DNA of 64,000 nt from an uncultured virus (IMG/VR IMGVR_UViG_3300030000_000004) (Duplodnaviria; Heunggongvirae; Uroviricota; Caudoviricetes). The notes below the pieces were generated by a model. It ran no database searches. It was not told the DNA's origin and saw nothing but the letters and a program-made list of their open reading frames with translations. The DNA lies in the IMG/VR virus record IMGVR_UViG_3300030000_000004; one strand, given 5' to 3'. Every line of letters begins with the position of its first letter. The stretch's first letter is position 1. This document shows, one piece after another, positions 49,562-59,325 of the stretch. A program made the translations under genes and the position numbers.

Positions 49562-50204
49562 GCATGAAGATTTTTACAGATGGAACCTAAAGACTGACGT
49601 CTTTAGGCCAACTACTGATTTTAGTGACCTATTGAAAATTGTAGCAACGTACTATGAAATGTATGTTAAAGCTGTAGAATTTCTTGGGCCATTCATATCA
49701 AAACAGTTTGGCAACACAATGTTCTTTCCACCATCTAAAGAACAGATTGAAATGGGTATTGGTAAACAACGAACTTCAATAAGTTTTAGAGCACGTTCAT
49801 CTTTTATTGATTCACTTATATCATTTTTGGTTAGATCAAAAGGCAAAAAAGCATTGATTTATCCAAGCATCAGTTCACATCACTCAGCACAATTCCCATT
49901 TGGCACCTTTAATATTGAAGAAGTTATTGGTCCAAAGCCGGTGCTTAGAGAAGAAAAAACTGCTCGTAGAGAATCTAAACAACTGTTTAAGATAGAATTT
50001 GCAAATGCATCTGCTCCAGTCTATATTGAGAATTTGCCTATCCCTATTGCTCAGATAAATTTTCTCATTCTGAGACCTAAATTGGGCAAATTGGGTATGC
50101 CTAGTACTTCAAAATGGGAAGTACTAGTTTATAAAAAGAACCATGGATATATAATAGATCATGTAGATTCGCATATTAACCCAAAGTTTTCAGGTAAGTT
50201 TTGA
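49554..50204 (+). CDS. hypothetical protein
   Basis: ORF coupled to both neighbours; start placed at MTEHED. Confidence 0.7.
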   Translation: MTEHEDFYRWNLKTDVFRPTTDFSDLLKIVATYYEMYVKAVEFLGPFISKQFGNTMFFPPSKEQIEMGIGKQRTSISFRARSSFIDSLISFLVRSKGKKALIYPSISSHHSAQFPFGTFNIEEVIGPKPVLREEKTARRESKQLFKIEFANASAPVYIENLPIPIAQINFLILRPKLGKLGMPSTSKWEVLVYKKNHGYIIDHVDSHINPKFSGKF

Positions 50205-50479
50205 AAGTTGTTCATTGCAAAAAAGATAAGTTTGATGTGTACATTGGTCGACCTAGTAAGTGGGGTAACCCATTTGAGATAGGTAGAGATGGGACTCGAG
50301 GAGAGGTTATTGCAAAATATAAAAATTACATTTTAAATAATCCATCACTTCTATCTTGTTTGCATGAACTTAAGGGTTTAACTTTGGGCTGTTGGTGTTC
50401 ACCTTTACCATGTCACGGTGAAGTACTTATTGAACTTTACAACGAAATATACGGTGAACACCCAATACTTAAATTTTAG
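50201..50479 (+). CDS. DUF4326-family protein
   Basis: VYIGRPSKWGNPF...LGCWCSPLPCHGEVL. Confidence 0.85.
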   Translation: MKVVHCKKDKFDVYIGRPSKWGNPFEIGRDGTRGEVIAKYKNYILNNPSLLSCLHELKGLTLGCWCSPLPCHGEVLIELYNEIYGEHPILKF

Positions 50480-50487
50480 GAGATATC

Positions 50488-50718
50488 ATGAACGGTAAAA
50501 AAGCAAAGAGACTTCGACAAGTTGTTAGGTTGATGCAAGAAAAAGGAGTTGTCGAAAAAGAATGGGCTGTTGAAGGTTCTATTAAACATGTCAATAATGG
50601 TGTACCAAATATCAGACCAGATAGAGTGTTTGATTTAGATACCACTGTTACCTACCAAAGTATGCTCAAACCAGAATGTGGTAAAGCAGTTTACAAAAGA
50701 TTGAAAAATAAACAATGA
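50488..50718 (+). CDS. small basic hypothetical protein
   Basis: AGGAG RBS; MNGKKAKRLR...YKRLK. Confidence 0.7.
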   Translation: MNGKKAKRLRQVVRLMQEKGVVEKEWAVEGSIKHVNNGVPNIRPDRVFDLDTTVTYQSMLKPECGKAVYKRLKNKQ

Positions 50719-51191
50719 TTGAAATTAAACCACCTAATGAATTTACCCATGTAGAAGGTAAAAAAGTTTTTATTGCTGGGGCTATTGATATGGGTTCAGC
50801 AGAAGATTGGCAGCATAAGCTTGCTACTGAACTTAAGAATACAAATTTGGTGCTTTTAAATCCACGTAGAACTGATTGGGACTCAACATGGGAACAATCA
50901 ATTGATAACCCGAAATTTGCTGAGCAAGTTAATTGGGAACTTAATGGGTTAGAAACATCAGATTTTGTAGTGTTTTATTTTTCGCCTACATCCAAATCAC
51001 CTATAACTATGTTAGAATTAGGATTAATGATTGAACGAAAACCTTTAAGAATTCTCGTTTGTTGTCCAGAAGGTTTTTACAGAAAAGGGAATATTGATAT
51101 TGTGTGTTCTCGTTATGGTATCCCTATGGTCAATTCACTTGATGAATTGATTAGCGAATTAAGAATTTATGATCTCATTTCATCCAGTTAA
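50715..51191 (+). CDS. nucleoside 2-deoxyribosyltransferase-like protein
   Basis: VFIAGAI, DWQ, LNPRR, QVNWE, SPITMLELG, RKGNIDIVC. Confidence 0.82.
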   Translation: MIEIKPPNEFTHVEGKKVFIAGAIDMGSAEDWQHKLATELKNTNLVLLNPRRTDWDSTWEQSIDNPKFAEQVNWELNGLETSDFVVFYFSPTSKSPITMLELGLMIERKPLRILVCCPEGFYRKGNIDIVCSRYGIPMVNSLDELISELRIYDLISSS

Positions 51192-52425
51192 TGTTCAACA
51201 GGATTTAACCCGTGTTAACCCACTATTTATTGGTCATTTCTTTTCACTTAAAGGAATGCACTGGAAAAAGAGAAAACAACGACAAGGGTTAATTCTATCT
51301 GTGGCAGTTGCTTGGTGGCATTTATCGAAACACAATCTAAGTTCTCCAGGATTCATAACTGAAGAAATTCTTATCACATCATTGACACGACAAGTTAGTG
51401 ATGCAAAGGTAATCATTCTTAAATTCTTTGAAATTTTAAGGATCGGTTATAATTTCGGGAATGGTGAACGTAATGCTACGCAAATCAGTCCAAAGAAACT
51501 GAATTCTAAAACTGTTTCAGCAATTGTCAATATTGTAGATCAAGTTGTTTTTTGTCCAGGTTTACCACCTAAAGACAAAAAGTTAACAATGTCAGTGGTT
51601 ACTGTCCAACCGAGAATTCATTCTGAAGTTATTCAGCTACTAAAAACAGAAGATAGAGAAGATTTAATCCCATCGGTCAAATGGATTCTATCACAAGAAA
51701 AAATCAACTTTTATTATGAGCCTGCGGGTAATCTTTTAGCTCGTGATAAATCTGTGTGGCCTATTAAATCTATTGAGATGTGGCCGGGTTGGTTGAGAAC
51801 AAAACTTTTCGGTAGAGTTGTTGATATTGAGAATGCGTATTGTCAATTCATCATTAAGAAATTAGAAGAAAAATATAACAACCCAGTTAAACTGAATATG
51901 AAGTATCCAGATTTGCTGAGGATGAATTATGATAAGGACGTCTACAGAAAAGAAATCTGTGAAGAATATCTTCAGTTAGAACTCAATGATGAAAATTTGA
52001 AAACTGTTAAACGTTTGATCATGTCATTGGCTAACGGTTCAAATGCGACTCCTGGATTGTTGATAAGTGGTTCATCTAGATCTGAAGCAGTTAGAATTGT
52101 TACACAATCTAACCCGTTTATTAACACTGCAAATATGATTGAACTTGGGAACAAGTTATCTTCAATTGCGAAACAGTTTAAAGCAGCAAAAAAAGAACTC
52201 TGTATTCACATTCTTAAAGTTAAACCAACATTAGAAAATCAGAAGAAGATTTTCAAAATGTACTTTGAATGGGAAAGAGAAAATAGATACAAGATTTGGG
52301 AAGCAGTTAGTAAAACAGGGTTAATGATCCATGATGGATTAGATGGAATAGAAAGTGATCTGAGTGATGATGATCTAATAAGTTTTATTGAACAAGAAAC
52401 CTCAGTTAGAGTTAGCGTAGATTAA
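51169..52425 (+). CDS. hypothetical protein with family-A polymerase-like motifs
   Basis: VVDIENAY, KTVKRLIMSLANG, LMIHDGL in A-B-C order. Confidence 0.55.
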   Translation: MISFHPVNVQQDLTRVNPLFIGHFFSLKGMHWKKRKQRQGLILSVAVAWWHLSKHNLSSPGFITEEILITSLTRQVSDAKVIILKFFEILRIGYNFGNGERNATQISPKKLNSKTVSAIVNIVDQVVFCPGLPPKDKKLTMSVVTVQPRIHSEVIQLLKTEDREDLIPSVKWILSQEKINFYYEPAGNLLARDKSVWPIKSIEMWPGWLRTKLFGRVVDIENAYCQFIIKKLEEKYNNPVKLNMKYPDLLRMNYDKDVYRKEICEEYLQLELNDENLKTVKRLIMSLANGSNATPGLLISGSSRSEAVRIVTQSNPFINTANMIELGNKLSSIAKQFKAAKKELCIHILKVKPTLENQKKIFKMYFEWERENRYKIWEAVSKTGLMIHDGLDGIESDLSDDDLISFIEQETSVRVSVD

Positions 52426-52440
52426 AGAGGAATAAAAAGA

Positions 52441-52947
52441 ATGCGTGAAAAGATAGTATTGATACGGCACGGTGAAAGTTTGGCAAATGTAGATTCTAGA
52501 TATTATATGTATCCCGAAGAGATGAATATTCTTTCTGAAAAGGGTGCTAAGCAAGCTCTATTGTTGAGCAAACCTCTTAAGAATATAATAACAAGTTTAA
52601 GGAACCCTACTGTTATTTCTTCAATGTATATTAGGGCAAAGTTAACAGCATCTATTGCTCTTCATGATCACCCTCATATCAATGTGCTTGCAGATGGTAG
52701 GTTAAATGAATGCGAATTTAATGTAAATGGTAAACGTGAACCGTCGATGAGTGTAAAAACGCGGGTAAAAGGTGTAGTAGATGAACATCCTGGTTCATTG
52801 ATTCTGTTTGTGCACGGTGAATTGATGCGGCATTTAGATCAGCAAAATACCCGAGACCCACAAAATTGTGAATTTAGAATTTATGACAGAAATTCTTTTA
52901 TAGAAAATCATCTAATGATCGATCATCAGTTAATAATTGTTCCATAA
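52441..52947 (+). CDS. histidine phosphatase (phosphoglycerate-mutase family)
   Basis: LIRHGES, SSMYIRA, RLNE, VHGE. Confidence 0.85.
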   Translation: MREKIVLIRHGESLANVDSRYYMYPEEMNILSEKGAKQALLLSKPLKNIITSLRNPTVISSMYIRAKLTASIALHDHPHINVLADGRLNECEFNVNGKREPSMSVKTRVKGVVDEHPGSLILFVHGELMRHLDQQNTRDPQNCEFRIYDRNSFIENHLMIDHQLIIVP

Positions 52948-52949
52948 AA

Positions 52950-52980
52950 CAAAAAAGGCTTCCATTGGAAGCCTTTTTTG
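52950..52980. terminator. bidirectional intrinsic terminator
   Basis: CAAAAAAGGCTTCCA-T-TGGAAGCCTTTTTTG between convergent genes. Confidence 0.85.
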
Positions 52981-53006
52981 TACCCTTAAAAGTTTTGAAT
53001 TGGGGG

Positions 53007-53231
53007 TTAATAGACAGGATGTGGTGATTTTGCTGCTACCTTCAGTCGTTCATTTATAAACTCTACAGCTAATTCACGCTCACCCTGAGACATATGCAAC
53101 ACTTCACTATAAGACCATGCGCCTCTTGAATAATATGAAATTTCTAAAGCAGATTTAATTATGTGCTTTATTTCAATACCAAGTTTAGCAATTAGTTTTT
53201 GAACTGCTTGCATATCTCCTCTACCTATCAT
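53007..53231 (-). CDS. small tail/baseplate assembly chaperone (probable frameshift partner of the gp26-like gene)
   Basis: YYSRGAWSYSEVLHMSQGER; lies in the -1 frame of the upstream gene. Confidence 0.7.
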   Translation of the reverse strand: MIGRGDMQAVQKLIAKLGIEIKHIIKSALEISYYSRGAWSYSEVLHMSQGERELAVEFINERLKVAAKSPHPVY

Positions 53232-54016
53232 TCGGTGAAAAAAGACACTGGGTTGATTGGGATTTCAATATTAAAATCTTCACCACAATCTTTACAATTG
53301 CAGGTCCAAGTAAGCTTTGGTCCCCATTTATCGATTTTTTCAATCTGATCTGCAATGCGCTTAACGTGGAAAGGTGGAAGAGCTTTGATCCATTCTTCAA
53401 TATTTTCCTTGTTTATATTACCATCAACAGAATCAATAATACCAAAAAGCATCATTAAAAGATTTTTCTTTTGAAGTGCTGGTGTAATTTCTTTTACATT
53501 TTCATTCTCTTTTACAAGCTCAACAACGTGTTTGTATCTAGCTGGGTGAAGTCTGATAACTTGTCCATTGCTTAATGTAACATTGTATTCTCCAGCTGCA
53601 ACAGTTGCATCGATATAGTTCATATTCGATATCATTTCTTCAACATCAGCAACATAAGTATGTTCTTTAGCTGATTCACAAATGTGACGTGCTGAAAATT
53701 CATAAGCAGGTCCATAAGTAACTGCTCGTAAAAATACCATAAGAGCATCAACATCTTTAGATAAAAGTTCTGAAGGCTTTAAAACTCCATCTACACAGTT
53801 TTTAAAGACTGATTCGACTGCTTGACCACTGAACAGTTGATCAGGGTTCTTCATGTCAATTTCATCCATTGCTGACATAGGACGTACGTGAACTTCTCCA
53901 TCTTTTACGTTAGCAGCTAATTCTCCATTTACATAAAACAGTCCCTTTGAAGGTAACTGAAAAATTCTACCTGGCAGTTTAAGACTTGCCATCAGCGGAT
54001 TCGTTGTGTTATCCAT
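53228..54016 (-). CDS. gp26: baseplate hub / tail assembly chaperone (T4 gp26-like)
   Basis: LPSKGLFY, VRPMSAMDE, DVDALMVFLRAVTYG, CKDCG, C-terminal SFF. Confidence 0.8.
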   Translation of the reverse strand: MDNTTNPLMASLKLPGRIFQLPSKGLFYVNGELAANVKDGEVHVRPMSAMDEIDMKNPDQLFSGQAVESVFKNCVDGVLKPSELLSKDVDALMVFLRAVTYGPAYEFSARHICESAKEHTYVADVEEMISNMNYIDATVAAGEYNVTLSNGQVIRLHPARYKHVVELVKENENVKEITPALQKKNLLMMLFGIIDSVDGNINKENIEEWIKALPPFHVKRIADQIEKIDKWGPKLTWTCNCKDCGEDFNIEIPINPVSFFTE

Positions 54017-54071
54017 ATCTTCTCCTATTCGATTCTTTATAAGATCATAAATTTTCTATTTCTGAACTTAC

Positions 54072-54079
54072 TATAAATA
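54072..54079 (+). promoter_or_regulatory. T4-type late promoter
   Basis: TATAAATA upstream of the tape-measure gene; a divergent TGTAAATA variant lies at 54093-54100 on -. Confidence 0.75.
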
Positions 54080-54128
54080 ATAATTCATAGTATATTTACA
54101 TAATCTCAACTATTTTCAGAATCACAAT

Positions 54129-56987
54129 ATGGCAGACTTAAGTTCACGCGAAATAGACTTATTACTAACTCAATTATCTAAGATTTTGGGTGGATCAGGT
54201 TCAGCAATAAGAAGCACTCCAAGTTCTGGTACACGTTCTAGTGCATCAACACGCCAAGGTGCTTCAAAAGAATCAAAAGAAGCTTCAAAAGCTGTTGAAT
54301 TATCTGTAAGATCACTCAAAAAATCTACTCAAGAATTTGAAAATTTAGCCAAATTATATAAGAGGGTAGCGACAACTACTGAAAAAACAGTTGAGGATAA
54401 TGCTAAAGGTAGAACTCAATTAAAAGCAGCTAATAGAATCAAAGACAAATATGATGCTGCCCTTGAACAACAATCATCTATTCTGAATGCATATTCAAGT
54501 GAGCTGAATAAGTTTACACGTAGGGATTTCCTTGAACATATTGTTGCGACTAGAAAATTAGTAGATAATACCACAGCTTTCACTTCAAAATTAGCTAAAG
54601 CACAACAAAATTCTTCATTACTTTCTGCATCTTTACTTAATACCTACAATAAATTAGAGTTGGGATCAGTAGAGTATGAGCATTGGTTATCAATTTTGAC
54701 TGACGGTGCTAAAGGAATGGATAAAGCGTTCCTTAAAAATACAAAAGTTTGGGATGAAAAGACACAAGACTTAAAAGACAGTTTGAATCCAGAAGACTTC
54801 CAAGATTTGATAATGAAAGCAGGTCAGGCACAGTCTGTTTTGACTGAAGCCTTTCAAGGATTAGCACACTTAGGAGTTAAAGCTGCTGCAGATTTTACTC
54901 CATCTATTATGGGGGGTCTACAATCTGGAGCTGCAGGGTTAAATGGTAATGCTTCATCCAATAGAGATGAAGTAAGTAGTACCATTCTTGAAACATTAAA
55001 AAGATTCCATAGTCTAAACATTGCTATAGATGGGTTGGCAATTGATCTTGATAAAGATTTAGATCCACAGCTTGTACATTTTGCAAAGGATATCGAGAAT
55101 ACACTTCCAATACTTGCAAAATTCGAAACATCATTAGCTGCTGGAACAGACAAAATAAACAAAACGGTTGTTGCTTCACATACTGAAGTTGGTGCTGCTA
55201 TTATCAAGATGAAGGCTAATTTCGGAAGCATAAATGATGCTCTTGCTTTTATGGGTAAGACAGCCACATTTTCTGCTAATTTAGCTAAAGCTAAATCTGG
55301 AATAGGTCAATCATATAAAGACATGACATCATTCAATATTGCACAGGTACCAGCAACATTTGCTCAAGTATCATTAGAGTCAATTAAGCTTGGTATGTCA
55401 TTTGAAGAAACTGTAAAATACTTACAGGAAAATTCTAGAACGCTTGCAATCTATGGTCAAAAGGAATTCTCTACATTATCTGGTAATATAGGAGCAACGT
55501 TCAAACAATTCGGATATAATGCTGCTCAGTCAGCTTCTATGATCGGTCCAGCTATTGCTTCAGCAGTAGATTCATCTGCTGTCAATGTATCAAATGGTGA
55601 TGAACTTAATAAATTCATTAAGGAGTCGATGGATTCCTTCCAGAAGGTATCTGGTATTGTTGGAATGACAGCTGAAAGTTATTTCAAACTTAACTCAGAA
55701 CTTTACAATTCAGAAGGTATCAATAACATTCTATTGGGATTAGATAAATCTCAATCAAAACTTTATGCTGCGAACCTAAGATCACAACGTGATGAGTTAG
55801 TAGTTCGCGGAGTATCTATTGAGCAAGCACAAGAGATAATTAAACAACAAGCAGCAATGAGAGCTGAAAAAGTTGGTGATAGAGTATCAACTGCTGGTAA
55901 AATGTTCACTCAGATGCAGGCATTAGGTTTTGATGCTGAAGAGTCAATGAAGGCATACCAAACAGTTATTGCTGGTAATGCTGCTACAAAAGAAGATAAA
56001 GATTCTTTAGCAGCATTGATGCCTGAATTTGCAAAACGTAAAGCGCAATACGGTACCCAATTTAATGAATCTGGTAATGTATTAGGACAGTTGTCAAATG
56101 AATCAATCATGGAAGGTACGCAATCTTCTTCTATTGACAGTCTAACTAAAGCTTTTGATTCTGTTGTTAATGCTGATAAAACTGGGCAGAAAGTAACTAA
56201 TGCTGCCGGTGTTGCTGCAGCTGCAAAAGGAAATGAAAGTCTTGCTGGATTCAGTAATGTTATAAATTCTGTATCTTCGTTAATGTCGAACTCATTTGTT
56301 GCTGCTACAACAGGAAGCATTTTAGCTTTAGCTGGTCTTGCTGGTCAAGCATTGTTAACTGCCACTTCATTAGGTGCAGTTGGTGGAGGAAGCATCCTCG
56401 GAAAAGCAAAAGGCTTAATGGGTAAAGGGGCAGTTGGTAAAGGATTAGCAATTGGTGGTAAAGGATTAGCTGGTGGATTGGGAGGACTTGCTGGTTACGG
56501 ATTGAGTACAGTAGGTGAAGGTCAGGTAGTTGCCGGTAATACGAAAACTGGAACAGCAATGGATATCGGTGGTAACATGCTTAGTATGGCATCAACTGGC
56601 GCGATGATCGGAAGCTTTTTCGGGCATGGGCTGGGAACACTTATTGGTGGTGGGGTAGGTGCACTTGCCGGTGGGGCATATGGTCTTTACTCTAATCGTG
56701 ATACATTATTCGGTTCACCTTCTTCTGCTACTCCTACTCCTACTGTTACACCAACACCACCAGTGGATAGTTCAGCAAGTCAGGTTGCAAGTGCTGTAAC
56801 TGATTCTTCTACGCGTATAAATAACAAAGCAGATTCATCTACGCAATTATCAGCAATTGCTGAAAACACTGCTATAACTGCAAAAATACTTCAATTAATG
56901 TTCAATGATAAGGGCGTTAAACGAACATCCGGTCAATATGATAGAACGATTCCTACATTTACCGAAGCAGTTTATAACAGATCATAA
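54129..56987 (+). CDS. tape measure-like protein
   Basis: 952 aa, Ala/Ser-rich helical, C-terminal Gly-rich hydrophobic segments; adjacent to the chaperone pair. Confidence 0.7.
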   Translation: MADLSSREIDLLLTQLSKILGGSGSAIRSTPSSGTRSSASTRQGASKESKEASKAVELSVRSLKKSTQEFENLAKLYKRVATTTEKTVEDNAKGRTQLKAANRIKDKYDAALEQQSSILNAYSSELNKFTRRDFLEHIVATRKLVDNTTAFTSKLAKAQQNSSLLSASLLNTYNKLELGSVEYEHWLSILTDGAKGMDKAFLKNTKVWDEKTQDLKDSLNPEDFQDLIMKAGQAQSVLTEAFQGLAHLGVKAAADFTPSIMGGLQSGAAGLNGNASSNRDEVSSTILETLKRFHSLNIAIDGLAIDLDKDLDPQLVHFAKDIENTLPILAKFETSLAAGTDKINKTVVASHTEVGAAIIKMKANFGSINDALAFMGKTATFSANLAKAKSGIGQSYKDMTSFNIAQVPATFAQVSLESIKLGMSFEETVKYLQENSRTLAIYGQKEFSTLSGNIGATFKQFGYNAAQSASMIGPAIASAVDSSAVNVSNGDELNKFIKESMDSFQKVSGIVGMTAESYFKLNSELYNSEGINNILLGLDKSQSKLYAANLRSQRDELVVRGVSIEQAQEIIKQQAAMRAEKVGDRVSTAGKMFTQMQALGFDAEESMKAYQTVIAGNAATKEDKDSLAALMPEFAKRKAQYGTQFNESGNVLGQLSNESIMEGTQSSSIDSLTKAFDSVVNADKTGQKVTNAAGVAAAAKGNESLAGFSNVINSVSSLMSNSFVAATTGSILALAGLAGQALLTATSLGAVGGGSILGKAKGLMGKGAVGKGLAIGGKGLAGGLGGLAGYGLSTVGEGQVVAGNTKTGTAMDIGGNMLSMASTGAMIGSFFGHGLGTLIGGGVGALAGGAYGLYSNRDTLFGSPSSATPTPTVTPTPPVDSSASQVASAVTDSSTRINNKADSSTQLSAIAENTAITAKILQLMFNDKGVKRTSGQYDRTIPTFTEAVYNRS

Positions 56988-57006
56988 TACTTTGGGGAAC
57001 AAATAA

Positions 57007-58644
57007 ATGGCAGTTTGGCAAAATTATTGGAGAATTGTTACTCCTCCATCAAGAAAATCTTTATATCAACAGCCCCCAACAACTATGGTTGATGATGGGG
57101 TGAATATGAATTCAGCAGGATATGCTGCATTCTCCACAGTATCTTGGTACTCTAATTTAATGAAGGGCGCACAAGCACGTCTTCAACGATACAAACAATA
57201 TGAAGGTATGGATGTTGGTGATATTTATCGAGCTCTTGATATTATTGCTGAAGAAATATCAAATCCAGATAAACGTACTGGTTTACCTTTCATTATTGAT
57301 TATCAAACTGAAGAAAATCAACAATTACCAGATACGACTGTAACAACGATTCGTGCTGCACTTCGTAACTGGTCGAATTTCCATAACCTTCACAAAAATG
57401 TTTTCAATATCTCTAGAGCAATGGTTAAGTATGGAGATTGTTTCTTCAGAAAAACATCTGACACTAAGAAATGGGAATACATTGATCCTACTAGAGTGAT
57501 CGGTATAGAAATTGATCAAGAAGGAAATAATGTAGCATATCACATACGCCCATCAACCTTTAAGGCCGCTGTATCTGCTAATAAACCAACCACATTTAAC
57601 AATCAAGTTGATTCGGTTGAAATAACTCCTGCATTGGCAATGTTGCATTTTTCATTGTCTGATGTATGCGGTGACTCAGCCCCATTTGGTATCTCTGTCC
57701 TTCAACCAGCATTCAGAGATTATCAAAAGATGACCATGTTAGAAGATGCTGCTATCATTTATAGAATAGTTAGAGCTCCAGAACGTAGAGTTTTCTACAT
57801 TGACGTTGGTAATACTCCACCACAACGCGTCAAACAGTACCTTGAACAGATTAAGAACGATCTTAGACAGAAACGCATGCCTAATTCGTCTAATGCTAAT
57901 CAAACTGATTCTCAATTCAATCCTGAAAGTATTCAAGAAGATATTTTTCTACCTGTTGCAGCTTCTGGCCGTAGCTCACGTATTGAAACATTACCAGGTG
58001 GAGCAACATGGGAAATTCCTGAACTAGATTACTTCTTAAGTAAAGTGTTTAGAGCGTTACGTGTACCAACATCCTACATGAAGGGTTCTGATGCTGCTGG
58101 TGCACAAGTAAATGACGGTAAGGTTGGTATTGCTTATATCGAAGAACTTAGATTTGCTAATTACATTCAACGTTTACAAACGTGCGTTGAAGAAGTTTTA
58201 GATGCACAATTTAAAACGTATCTTTCGGTTACTGGTATCAATATTGATACCGACATCTTCAAACTTAAATTACCTGAACCTCAAAACTTTGCTATTTACC
58301 GTCAATCGGCATTGGATACAGATTTGATTAACAGTTTCAATGCAGTTGAAGGTGTTAAATATTTGAGTAAACGATTTATATTGAAGAGATACTTAGGTCT
58401 AACCGAAGATGATATTCAAATGAATGAAGCATTGCTTAAACAAGAACGTAAAATTGCTGACCAAGAATCAGTTGATGAACTTCAACAGATTTACGACCCA
58501 GCAGTCTATGACAATAGAAAAGAAATTGAAGTAGAAACTCCTCCAGAAGTAATTCAATCTGATACTCCTGGCGCTGAAGCTCCTTCTGCTGAAATTAATA
58601 CTGAAGTGTCGCCCGATGAAGGTTCCACACCAGAAACTAAGTAA
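57007..58644 (+). CDS. gp20: portal protein (T4 gp20-like)
   Basis: EDAAIIYRIVRAPERRVFYIDVGN, EDIFLP, IETLPGG, ALRVPTSY, EELRF. Confidence 0.95.
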   Translation: MAVWQNYWRIVTPPSRKSLYQQPPTTMVDDGVNMNSAGYAAFSTVSWYSNLMKGAQARLQRYKQYEGMDVGDIYRALDIIAEEISNPDKRTGLPFIIDYQTEENQQLPDTTVTTIRAALRNWSNFHNLHKNVFNISRAMVKYGDCFFRKTSDTKKWEYIDPTRVIGIEIDQEGNNVAYHIRPSTFKAAVSANKPTTFNNQVDSVEITPALAMLHFSLSDVCGDSAPFGISVLQPAFRDYQKMTMLEDAAIIYRIVRAPERRVFYIDVGNTPPQRVKQYLEQIKNDLRQKRMPNSSNANQTDSQFNPESIQEDIFLPVAASGRSSRIETLPGGATWEIPELDYFLSKVFRALRVPTSYMKGSDAAGAQVNDGKVGIAYIEELRFANYIQRLQTCVEEVLDAQFKTYLSVTGINIDTDIFKLKLPEPQNFAIYRQSALDTDLINSFNAVEGVKYLSKRFILKRYLGLTEDDIQMNEALLKQERKIADQESVDELQQIYDPAVYDNRKEIEVETPPEVIQSDTPGAEAPSAEINTEVSPDEGSTPETK

Positions 58645-58670
58645 TTTAAATCAGTTTTATGATCGAAACA

Positions 58671-58678
58671 TATAAATA
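58671..58678 (+). promoter_or_regulatory. T4-type late promoter
   Basis: TATAAATA upstream of gp21. Confidence 0.8.
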
Positions 58679-58706
58679 AATCATATTGATTTCTGAGGAA
58701 CTTTCC

Positions 58707-59324
58707 ATGATACCACAAATTCTTATTGAATACTACGACCCAACTTCAGTGAAGTTGGTTGAAAGCCGTGATAATCTTAAAAACCTTTATTTAGCTGGAA
58801 GAATAATGACAGCTGAACAAAAGAATCTTAACCAACGAATTTATCCTAAAGCAGAAATTCAACGCGCAGTTAATCTTATAACTGAAAAAGCTAAAGAAGG
58901 AACTGCTATTGTTGGTGAATTGAATCACCCTGAAAATCTTTCTATCGATCTTAAGAATGTATCTCACATTATTACTGAAGCATGGATGGATGGTGATAAT
59001 GCAGTTGGTAAATGTAAGATTTTAAACACTCCATCTGGAATGATTGTTCAAAATTTGATTGATGGTGGTGTTAAGTTAGGTGTATCTTCACGTGGTACAG
59101 GTAATGTTACTACTGAAGGTGTAGTTGAGGATTTTGCCTTTGTTACTTTAGACATTGTTTCTCAACCTTCTGGTCCTGGATGCTATCCAGATGTCATTCG
59201 TGAAGCTAAAGAACATACAAAGATTTTGACTCTTGCTGAAGCAGTTGTTCATGATCCTAAGGCTCAAAAGTATCTTCAGCTTGAAATTCAAAAATTCTTA
59301 AGATCACTAACAGGAAAGAAATAA
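58707..59324 (+). CDS. gp21: prohead protease (T4 gp21-like)
   Basis: KNLNQRIYP, GELNHP, VSH, LNTPSG, GVSSRGTG, DIVSQPS; start moved to the ATG after GAGG. Confidence 0.95.
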   Translation: MIPQILIEYYDPTSVKLVESRDNLKNLYLAGRIMTAEQKNLNQRIYPKAEIQRAVNLITEKAKEGTAIVGELNHPENLSIDLKNVSHIITEAWMDGDNAVGKCKILNTPSGMIVQNLIDGGVKLGVSSRGTGNVTTEGVVEDFAFVTLDIVSQPSGPGCYPDVIREAKEHTKILTLAEAVVHDPKAQKYLQLEIQKFLRSLTGKK

Positions 59325-59325
59325 T

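Noticed and set aside
49554..50204. Active IS200/IS605 mobile element
   Set aside because: No RuvC, TnpA or end hairpins; kept only as a weak fold hypothesis
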